Positions 53,501 to 64,000 of a DNA stretch of 64,000 nucleotides are shown in pieces. Numbering within the stretch: position 1 is the first letter of the stretch; every line of letters starts with the position of its first letter. Both the position numbers and the translations under genes were made by a program. The DNA lies in contig OZ320313.1 in assembly GCA_976226885.1 (NCBI GenBank), forward strand, positions 61,380,001 to 61,444,000, given 5' to 3'. The notes under the pieces are model-generated. The model searched no databases. It was not told the origin of the DNA and was given only the letters and a program-made list of their open reading frames with translations. The stretch is from Iphione sp. A-MEVVRFRX5. Its lineage: Eukaryota.

Positions 53501-56271
53501 TAATTTAGCAAATGGAGGCTACAGTCCGAAGACCGTCATCTCACTTTGTCCCCGGCCACCAATCCCCGGTGGGTGACCCTTTCCCTGAAACCGTGGCCGG
53601 GAAGTGGGACAGACGGAGAAGGCTAAGAAGGCCTGAAGTCGTATGGACACATTCGTTACTACCCCACAGTAGGAGCGATGAAAATTATCATTACACAGGG
53701 TGAAGGAGCATCGCCACTAGCTCTATCCACCTTTACCGTGCCCTAGGCAATATGATATAAGCTCCACATCAAAAAATATTTGCTCGATCTAGTCAGTTGG
53801 TTCTTGAACTATTTCTTGCTGTGTATGTTAGTGACAAGGGGAAGGTGATAAAACACATACTATGAGGTGATGCTCTCCATTTACAAGGTTTTCTTAATTT
53901 CCCCCCTCTTGTTTTCTAAATGTCGCATCGAGAGTGACTCCCTAAGGTTCTCAGGCGGGCAATCTTTGAGGAGAGTGCATGTTTACACGACTAATTAGCC
54001 GGATGTATGAACCTTCTTCCCTCATTGAGGGTTAAGAAGGATCAGATATTGAGTGAGAGATCGAACCTGTCGAAGTAAAACAGTGTAATGTAGTGCTTTC
54101 TTAGAGTTACTTTATTAATGCGCTGTTATGTATGAGCTTGTTCCACGAGCACATTTAACGGGCTCCAGTGTAGGCGCCTGTGCTCCTCAATTGCCATCTG
54201 TCTCATTGTTATCACCTAGCACACCACATTGATTCCACACTGCATATTTACAATCTGATTACATATTCATTCTCGACGACAGCAACTCAGGGAGCGTCTA
54301 CCATTTTAATCCTTTGGCGACCAAGGCATTTAACTCGATTTTAGCGTTATTCGATTGAAATTGATTCAGCTACAGTCTCCCGTACAGTACCATTCTTGCT
54401 TTCCGTCTACAGGGAAGGAGCGGTTTCAGACGTGACAATTCTTCCCATGAGTATCTTTTGAGTTTAATATAATGCAATCGTATCCAACCTATCCGTAGGC
54501 GATGAGTGGTGTAAATTAAGAAAATGGCACTTACAGCTCCCGATTGCCAGTTTAACGTGAAACGTTCATCCTGGGATGAAATTTCTCTTTCGTACTGCGA
54601 GTTGCCTTCATCCCAGAAGCATTGACGTCAGGTGCGTACACTTGCCGTATATAGGTTTACTAAGAAGAAATTACCTTTTCCAGTTTTTCCCTGCAACTTT
54701 TTGTCCATAGAAGCAAATTGGTCGTAAATTCAGCCTTTCCGGGAAGATACTGAATTTTAAATGTGGAAATCTCCTGTCTCTTTAGCGGCGACGTTGATAT
54801 AAACAGTTAAAACTGCATAAATATGATTTGTTTTGAGTTCTTTTACATTTCGATAAAAAAAACCTTCTTACTTTTAACAATGCAAAATACTTTCATTTCT
54901 GGCGCTCAAAAATCAATATAGGTTCATAAGTATTATTTATCTACACCTTCACAGCAGACGTATGACAGGTCCTCCTCTTTGACAAGACAGAGGAGACCTT
55001 GATCATAAATCACCGACTCAAAATTACAAGTCTCTAACGTGTCCCCCGAGGCAGCACTTTCGATAGCAAGCCTTAAATTAGAGGATCCTGTTAGAAATGC
55101 TTTATGTTTAAGGCTTTCACAGGTCAGTGTATGTTGGGTCAGAACAAGGTCCGGACTTGGATGGAAGGTTACCGCCAACTGTCAACTCGTGTCGGATCAG
55201 ATAGTGTACACCATGCTAGAGATCAATACGATATTCAAGGGTTATGCCGATGTGGTGGGTGTGCAGATAGAGGCACGGCCCAGTACATTTGCTGCGCCGG
55301 TACGGAGGGTACTATGAATGAGGGAATGTGATATTTTTATGGATTCCAACCGGCAGGTAGGAGATTGTGCATCACGTTGTCCATAATGGGAGAGATAGGC
55401 ATTGGAAGAGGGAGGTAGGAAGGGAGAGAAGATTGATTTTTTTTTCGAGTCTTGCAGTTTGTAAGCTTGAATGAAACAATTGTCAGTATATTTACAGCAT
55501 AAACTGCACACGTAATTGCAAATGCACTACATTTTTATAACCAAACAATCACGGGGTGTCTCTTACCGTAATGAACAATTGCATCTAATTAGACGATTCG
55601 GTTACAAATATGTTCACCGTGCCTTTGTTGGTAACAATTAAACCTTGTCCTGACTGAAAATTATAATATATTCTGTTATCAGACTGTAAGGAAACCCCCA
55701 GGCGCTGGGATATGTCTCAGTGATATTTCCCATGAACACCAGGAAAGAGGTCGTCTTTGTCTATCCTGCTGCACGGATCGCAAGATTAATTTTGCGCTGA
55801 TGGGCATTTGTATCTGGCGAAGCAATTGCGTTGTCTGTCTGGCACCATGGCTCGACGGGTGATATACCGGATGGTGGTCGAGGGGGTGATGGGAGTAGAA
55901 CGTGCAGCGGTTCGGAAATTATACTCTCCTCCCACCATGAGATACCTGCTAGGTTAGGAAGACTAAGGGTATCACAGGGTGATCTGTAAAAAGGAAATAC
56001 AATATTTGCACGACTTTGTTGCTCACGTGGTTTATCTTTTTTCGCCTCTCATTGAGTAACTTCATAGAAAACATGAATGTCCTCTAGTTCTTCTCCCATA
56101 GGACTGTGTGCTACATATAGATTTTCACAAGCATGCATGACAAAACTTTTATGAAAAATTGCAGGAAATTTCCTCTTTATAACTATGATCTTTGTCAGCC
56201 AGTTTTTAGTTTCATGAACCTGCCTATACATGTATGCCCCGATTTTCCTCATGTGACATGATATATTTTAT

Positions 56272-58366
56272 TCAAAAGCTGTCAGTTGCCTTTAGTCTGT
56301 CACCAGCTTTGTGCTGATCGGCAACAATCCTTTCTTCTTTGACCTTGTCTGGCCACAGTGGAACGCCCATATTCAGTGGCTTTGAATCCTCCATATCGTT
56401 ATCCCCGGGCCGACTGCATCGATTCTGTTGTTCCCCCAGACCCTGCAGGATAAAAGGATATGCCAGTACCCTGGCGGAGCGAGGAAGTCACAAACTTTAA
56501 TGAACATCTTCGCACCAGCAATGTATGCATATCCATGCTAATATAATTCAATACCAAAATGGGTCAAATCACATTAACAAGAGTGCTGAGTTCTTCCTTC
56601 TTGATGACTTTGGTCCACAAACAATATTTTCTAAAGCTGGTGTATGCATCAATTTATCCGTGCTACAACCAGAAACGTATTCCTCGTGCCCGAGGAGAAG
56701 CTCATGAAAGATTTTAAGCGGTGTACTTTTCCCATATTTAAACATATATAGTTCTTCTTCGCTTGCACCCAAGAAGCAATCGGTAGTCTCATTTTCATGC
56801 GATTGGGAAGTCTGGGAAAGAAGATCGCACTGATATACATTATACATAAATCGACCTGGATTTTCCGGATCCCATGACAAGTTAAACGTAGTATACATTT
56901 TGCTCCAGACCAAAACAAGAAATTAGATTTTTTTATGTTGCATGACGTTGCATAGTAATCAGAGCACCGCGGGCGAGATTCAGAAGCCACTGGTATGTTC
57001 CATGTGCCCGCATCCCCCGTCAGTTATAATAGAAACAAATGAAGCCGGTTCCAGCAGGTTGGAGTATTTTACGCGGGACAGTCTCAGGGCACCAGCGAAG
57101 CTCTGCTCGGATCATCGACATTCTGTCAGGAAGGACTGTGTTTTCTCGGCTCTACCCTCATTAATATGGCTGGTCGCTGTTTGTCTGCCGATACTCGCGT
57201 CGTGACGTGCCATTCCCAATCATCATTACGACCCGGGCGCCACGTCAAAGTGCTAAAGAGTAGAAAAGCCCTTGCTGTCCCTATTAGAGAAGCATTATGT
57301 GGCGAGGATAAGCAGGTTTAATGGATCCTCTTTTGAAAAATGGCGTCTGCGGTGCTGAGACATTGACGACGTACCCCTGACAGGCTATAAATCAAACGCT
57401 TAAAAAGTAGTGGTGAGTTACGAACGGAGAATAGCTTCGAAAATTAATTAAGTCCTTTTGTGTTGGATAGTAAGAGGCAATACAATTACTATATATATAA
57501 CCTCATACGCATATACATGTATAGAAATATACATATACATGTTTAAAGACAACTGTATAGAAATACATGTATACATATCCATATTTAAAGACAATTGAAA
57601 TTGGTTGTGGTAGTGTGCAAAATAGTTTTGTCATTAAGCTACTTACGTGGAAAAAATGTGCTAGTTCTCTGCTTTTGTGATATTAACGGTTTTCAGAATT
57701 TATTTTTATATCAACAATTATGTAGGAAAGGAAGCTTAAGCCACGATATAAATCTGTTTGCCCCTAATAAATGTTTAATGGAATGCAATAGTATCTCAGT
57801 GACGCTGTGCACTAAAAACGGAAAGCACTTATCAGTATTCGGTTTTCTAGATTCTTGGTCCAGGTGGATCTTTTTATATGTGTATATATCAAATATTACA
57901 ATCCTATGAAAGTAGCCTGCATTTTCTTACTGTATCATCACGTTTACCATCTGTGGTCTAGATTAGTACGTAAAATACCTTCATATTTATGTGCATATAT
58001 CACATGGGTACATGACGTTGTATCGTTGCTTTTTACTATAGCCGGCAAGATACGGTGGCATACGACTTCGGAGAAAACATCCAGACTACTGAAATTGTCG
58101 CAGGTTTATGTTCTCATGATTAGTAGGTTATTTGCTTGTAGCGTGACAAGTGAACTGCACGACAGTCTCCGAGAGTTGCTCTCGCCAGAGATTCCCACCT
58201 AACCTACAGACCGATGTCTCTGCGATACTCATACACATACTACCTTTAGGTTTTGGATCTCAGCCAAGCACTTCTGGACACTGTCCGAGTGCACCTGTTT
58301 CTTGTCGTCGTCATCAGACAGTAGGCCTAGGTCCCCTAGGACATCTTGAACACACCTGTACCGTAC
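56272..58366 (-). CDS. Candidate last two exons of a minus-strand gene (58244-58366 and 56272-56442)
   Basis: ttgatttcag|VRYRCVQDVLGDLGLLSDDDDKKQVHSDSVQKCLAEIQNLK|gtagta (phase 0-0), then ttttatcctgcag|GLGEQQNRC...KATDSF* with AATAAA overlapping the stop. Confidence 0.45.
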
Positions 58367-58390
58367 CTGAAATCAACGGGCAGTGCCCTT

Positions 58391-58417
58391 TGTGCCTCAG
58401 ACAATGTCTGAGGCACA
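58391..58417. repeat. Perfect 12-bp inverted repeat with 3-nt loop
   Basis: tgtgcctcagac-aat-gtctgaggcaca. Confidence 0.85.
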
Positions 58418-58921
58418 GTTATGCATCATTTACGACATAAATCGATGTCTTGAGAAGTAACAGGCACCGTTTATTACGTGTAGCGCAGGCCATTATGAAA
58501 GCTATCTCCCTAGATATCATTTTACTAAACACCAGTGAAGCCAGTCCCAAGCATACGCTGTGATTTGATCCTATACCGGTGACTAATAAAGGGGATTGAC
58601 GGAGCAAAAGAAATATTGAATTATGTCAATATTCATTAAAGCATGTAGTTAATTTGAACGTTCTTACCTAACGATCTGCAAAAATAAACCGGAAAAACAG
58701 GCTTGGTCAGTAAATGTTTCTTCCTCCAATACTCGTCTTACCCTTACAGTAAGCAGTACACGACAGAGAACTAGTCTACACAGATGTGGTAAGGCAAAGG
58801 GACGACAGGAGCAATATTCAACTGTAAGAGAAGACACATAGCTCGATATGAAGCCAAGAGTGGCGAAATCCTCAGTTATACCAAATTAAGGGATGGGGAA
58901 GGAACGATATGAAATCAGTCA

Positions 58922-58942
58922 ATGGCGGCCTTCTCTGTTTCG
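58922..58942 (+). CDS. Candidate short first exon (MAAFSVS)
   Basis: aATGGCGGCC (YY1/Kozak-like) followed by TCG|gtgagc donor; would be divergent from the minus gene at 56-58 kb. Confidence 0.25.
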
Positions 58943-61580
58943 GTGAGCATTGAATAAGTTCACCTGTTCACCAGCAGTCAACGCTAATCGGATCACTGAC
59001 GCTCATACGTTTTTCCAGCCGTCCCGTCAGTAGCAAATAAGATTACGCCCATCTGCTGAACACCAATCCCACAATGACCAAAAATGCCACCCCTGACGTC
59101 CGATATATTAAATTAGCGCTGCTAAAAGGTAACTAATTACTTTAATCGATCTAGCCGAGGTGTGGAGAGAATCAAAATTCAATCGGTCTCATTCAGAGAG
59201 GAGTCAATTAGATGGGAAGTGTGTAATGACAAAATTGAGTTCATCCACCAGGAAGGGGGGGGGGCATGTTCTAGGCGCTGTGAGGTTCCCGCGGAAATCA
59301 GATTTATAAGGGCCTATTACGTGATGTATATTACAGGAGATGGAGTATTGATTGGAGATATTTTCTTGAACGTAAAAGACGGATGATGAAGGATTGTGAT
59401 TAAATATTTTTGACGCTCCACCAGAAGTGGCTACTTAAGGGGTGCGTTAGGAATAATGAGCGGTCTCCATGAATTCCTTTCTTCCGTCGATCTCTACTTT
59501 CATATTGGTTTTAGAAGACGTTGAGGAATGTTGCCACATTTTAAATTTGGACGTCCGTGTTTGCTCCAATGCTTCTCAACACGATACACGCCTTTAATGA
59601 TTTGCGTTCAATCATCATTCCAGAATCAACTGATATGATGCTGGAACATTTGTTAAGATGAGAATTTTGCTGGACGTGTAATAGCCGTGGTACGTGCGAT
59701 CTCTCAGTTTGAGCCCTCCTAAACATACTATAATTAGTCCACATATGGAAGTCCCTAATTTCGCACGTCTCAACTAGTATGCAGGACGAAGGACGTTAAC
59801 TGTATCGAGCCTAATACGTTGTAGTTCTTTTTAGAAATACATGTACTGAAATATGGAAAGACAAATTCCAGACCGGGTTTTCGCTATCCTTGGGCAATAA
59901 TAACCAACTGAATTAAGTAGGGGGTGTAATGAAGGTTAAAGTCGCTAATTGCCCCCGTCCTGCAATATGCCATCTGGCAAAAGCCTTTTCTATACTGTAC
60001 CGACAACCGACTTTCATCTTGGATCATTGGCATTTGCCTATCTGTAATGGTCACAAATCATAAAACTGGGACACATGTCTCTCTCTCTTTCAATCTCTCT
60101 CCCCGCTCTATTAAATCTGTCTGTTTCTCTGCCTCTGTCTCGTCCATACTAACAGGCACACCTTCACACGCTTCACTTCACACAAATTGTATGTCTTTCA
60201 TCACGTAGTCAATTTGACAGGACCTGTAGAGATAAAGCCGGTCATATGCTCAGCCAGTCAATCCATATGTAGCGTGAGCAATTTAACTTTAATTTTTAAG
60301 TGGCCTGCTCAGCACTCCTGTCGCAATCAAATAATTATAATACACGTACTTGTAGTTTTTCTCTGATGCATGGGGAAAACGATGATTATAGCACTGTCTA
60401 CATGCCAGCTTTGAAATTTAGCTTCTTAGCCAAAGTAGGGCGACTTAAATTGACACCGTTCAAAGAAGATCGACACAATATTGGCTCGCTTAAAACGTCC
60501 ATGGCTTCCGGGATCTCGAGAAAAAGCGCCACACGATTCGCTTTATCATGGAATTATATTCAAAAAAGTACGAACTGCTGTCTAATACGCCGAAAGCTTC
60601 TAAAAGAAAATTATTCATCTCAACAGATAAAACAACATAGTGGATAAAATCCCTATGCACGTGTGACGCGCTTTCTGATTTATCTCCATTCATTGGTAGG
60701 GGATGACGAGGGAAGGTTGTCGGCGTTCTGCTCCAGTGATCAAAGAAACGCCGACAAAGTAGGGTTTCCCCCTGGGATGCCTCCTGGTGAGCTTCGACTA
60801 GGATCTAACAGAGGAGACGGGGAAAGTTGGTAGCAAGTAGTGACTGCTGTTGCCACGGGAGGAGTTCTATCCGCTACTAGGAGAGTCGTGTTTTATGAGA
60901 CACAGGCATCCTTCAATCTTTGAGTCGCATGCCCTATCTGTTTGTTTGTCTCGGTTTTGCCTTCTTGGGTGCGTTTCACCTGTTCTTTCTATTAAATACT
61001 CTTGATTTAAACTTTTTTTCTAGTTTAGCTTAAATCCTTGAAAGGAATGGTCACCTCATTAGCATAAATCTGCAGTTAATGTTTTGTACCTCGCCAGCAA
61101 GGAATCACCTGGTTTAGATATCATCGAGCTTTCTATTCAAATCATTGGCATAATCTAAAGAAGAATTTCAAGCACGAGAGAACCAAAGAAATAAAAGTAG
61201 AACTATCCGCGTATCGCATGTATGGGTATCCCTTTGTAACAAAGTTCTTGGTTCTGCTCAGTTTTCGAAAGGTATATTTGTCATGACAGGTTAGTCGCAT
61301 TTGACAATATGCAATCGGAGGCAAATAGTAACTCTGACGTATCCGTATGAAGCTAAATCGTTGAAGCAGTTTGGAAGAAGTCAATAAATTTCGATGAAAC
61401 GTATGCAATAGCGAAAAATTGATTTCAGCTATTTCACGGGAATAAAGTCCACTCTGTCCTAACATCTTAAAATAACATGTACATGTATTGTCAAGCCTCG
61501 ATAACCGTTCTGAGTATACATGTGGACAACTCCAAAACTGGTGACTGTGTGACTCAATAAACACATTGAAACCTTGATAT

Positions 61581-63431
61581 CCAAACACTAAGGGTAATGT
61601 GAAAAATTTCCTAGATAAATTACAGCAGTTAGTACTGGTAGTAAATAGGGACAATAGAGATGAAGTTTTGGTAATGGGGGATATGAATGTAGATTTTTTA
61701 AAGACATCTCGCAACTGGACATTATGTAAAAACTTTGCAAATTTTTTGGCTATGAAACAAATAGTGACTCGACCAACTCATATACGGGGAGGGGGGTTGG
61801 ATCATTGCTATGTTATGGAAGATGTTAGATGTTGTAAAGTGATGAATTTAGGACTTAGCGACCATATGGTAGTTATCGTTGACCTGAAGAAAATTAGGCA
61901 GGGGAGGACCAAGAAGAACGTGTTTACTCGCCGTGATACTAGAAGATATGAGTTTAGTAAGCTTAGGGATCGGCTAGGTACTAGTGAATGGATGGATGTA
62001 ACTGAGAATAGCCTGGACGAAGTATGGGATAACTGGTTGAGTAATTGCATTAGGGTTGTGGATGAACTGGCTCCATGGCAAACAGTTGAATTGAGACCTA
62101 AAGAATCGATTGCGATTGGTCCGGTACTGAAGAAATTAAGAGCTGAACGGATATACTTTCATAAAAAGTGGGTGAAAACCAAAATAATTGACTATAAACG
62201 GATTTCTTGTTACTATCGGAACAAGTTTAATATGTTAGTACGGCAAGAACACCGTGATAGATTTGTATGTAAGTTGAATAAATGTGGTACACAGGATGCG
62301 GACTATTGGAGGATAATAAATGAAACTATTTTCGGTAGGGTGCGTGACTGTAAGAATATAAGGTTGCGAATGGATACTGGGATAGTAGATGGATTGAATG
62401 TATGCGATGTAATGAATGAAGGGTTTGTCAACAGTGTAAATGATATTGCTAAGTCGATGAGAGTGAGTGCTGGAAATATAAAAAATGTTGCAACGGATAT
62501 GGGTGTTTTCACTGAAGTTTCATTTGAGGAGGTGGCAAAGTTGATTAGGGAAATTAAGTTAAGTAAACCATCTGGGATTGAGGGGCTTAGTACTCGATTT
62601 TTGAAGGATTGCTTGAATTGTACTTTATACCAATTTACAGCTTTATTGAATGAGTCCCTCAGGCGCGGTGTAGTGCCGGGGGGCTGGAAAGAAGCTGTAG
62701 TTGTCCCTATTTATAAAAAGGGTAGTCCGTTGTTGAACAAAAATTATAGGCCGGTGTCCCTCCTCCCGGTGCCCGGAAAATTGTTGGAAAAATTAGTATT
62801 ATCCAGAGTAAGTGTACATGCTGACAATATAAACCTGTTCAGTCACAGTCAGTTTGGATTCCGGCCCGGGAGGGGCACACTAACGGCGGGTGCTGCATTT
62901 CTAAAACAAATTTATGAAGCGTTGAATCAAAAGTCATATGCAGCATCATGTTTTCTGGATATGTCAAAGGCATTTGACCTCGTTGATCATTCTCTATTAC
63001 TTTCTAAATTACATAGCTATGGTTTTCGTGGTAAGGTTTTACAATGGTTTAGGTCTTATTTGGGTGATCGTATACAAAGGGTAAGGGCTAATAATGCTAT
63101 TTCAAAACCACAGAAAGTTGTTGTTGGGGTACCCCAGGGTTCCATTTTGGGACCCTGGTTGTTCATCGTTATGATTAATGATATAGTAGATATAGTTTTT
63201 CCATCAAAAATCATAATTTATGCTGATGATATTACTGTCATATCAACGGGGTCAAATGCCTTGTCATTGCGAACAAAAATGCAACACAGTATAAATAGTA
63301 TTAGGTTGTGGTGTGAGAATAATGGATTGCTGATAAACAATGAGAAGACAAAAATTATGCTATTTGGAAAAGCGAGGGGATTTGCATTAGATATAAAACT
63401 AGGGGAGGTGGTTTTGGAACAGGTTAGATAT
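61581..63431 (+). mobile_element. Young L2/CR1-group LINE, 5'-truncated: APE endonuclease C-terminus plus reverse transcriptase, interrupted at the 3' side
   Basis: Uninterrupted ORF with GDMN, LDHCY and SDH (endonuclease), then NYRPVSLLPVPGKLLEK, QFGFRPG, FLDMSKAFDLVDH, GVPQGSILGP and YADD; ends at VLEQVRY where KYLG is expected. Confidence 0.95.
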
Positions 63432-64000
63432 TGCCCAGTCTAGTGGCTCCCCAGGCAATCGCAGTAATCAGAATATTAATAGAACTAATGCATATCATAG
63501 ACACAGGTTGGTAAACACAAATATTTATTAAACTGACACATGAGTCTCTTGAGACTGAAATACATGTGATAAACAGATTCCAATGGCAATATAGCAAGAT
63601 TACTCCTTATGAGCACACATTACACTTACAGAATCAAAATACAATACACAGCACCATGCATACCATGGAGTATCAATACAATACACATATGAGAATAAAC
63701 AAAAGTCTCTGGAGACTGAATCATACAAGCCACCCTTATGGTAGCCCCTAGAGGCTAATGGATATACATCTCATGCCCGTGCGGGGCTGGGTGGGTGGTT
63801 TCGAATTTCAAACGCCAACTGACCCAGCGTTGGCGCGAACGACAGAGGTGAGACCGTAGAGGGCGCCACACATGGTCAATAACTTGCAACTGTCTGTACA
63901 GTGGCGCCACTATTGCCCAGTCTAGTGGCTCCCCAGGCAATCGCAGTAATCAGAATATTAATAGAACTAATGCATATCATAGACACAGGTTGGTAAACAC
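63432..64000 (-). mobile_element. Tandem LTR-like units (469-bp unit, 13-bp spacer, start of second copy; period 482 bp)
   Basis: 63429-63518 is identical to 63911-64000. Unit 63432-63900 is bounded TG...CA, has AATAAA on the minus strand about 90 nt from its 3' end, and the spacer reads ataGTGGCGCCAC on the minus strand. Confidence 0.65.

Noticed and set aside
60717-60757. 11-bp stem ending in GAAAC, hammerhead stem III-like
   Set aside because: The enclosed 19 nt cannot hold CUGANGA plus stems I and II.
61142-61714. 190-aa minus ORF
   Set aside because: It spans the LINE junction antisense. Only ESHSHQFWSCPHV faintly resembles an L1/Tx1 zinc-knuckle remnant, which is too short to call.
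1-64000. tRNA, rRNA, snRNA genes and CRISPR arrays
   Set aside because: No paired A/B-box cloverleaf or recognisable rRNA/snRNA sequence; the tandem arrays have no unique spacers.

Overview
Eukaryotic (animal) genomic DNA, AT-rich overall, with short spliced exons, many TACATGTA octamers and many transposon relics. The style suggests an invertebrate deuterostome such as amphioxus (Branchiostoma), but that is inference. I found no rRNA, tRNA or CRISPR array. Most listed six-frame ORFs look spurious. The only long real ORF (61599-63443) is the endonuclease C-terminus plus RT of a young, 5'-truncated L2/CR1-group LINE. It is cut just before its KYLG motif by an LTR-like unit that is repeated in tandem, with only a 13-bp PBS-like spacer between copies. 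Hand-traced splice signals support a minus-strand multi-exon gene at about 2.2-6.6 kb (protein not recognised), a convergent plus-strand exon chain at 1.3-1.85 kb, an isolated TNFR cysteine-rich-module exon at 32.55 kb near a signal-peptide-like exon, and several lower-confidence exons. Mobile DNA includes a second, decayed LINE fragment, a Harbinger-type MITE nested in another repeat, Tigger/pogo-type MITEs, an apparently ORF-less RTE derivative, probable DIRS/Ngaro relics and several minisatellites. The best leads are the LTR-spacer-LTR insertion, a 36-bp-stem pre-miRNA-like hairpin, a strand-specific multibranch RNA structure at 41.3-41.5 kb and the TNFR-module exon. None is proven to be a new biological system.
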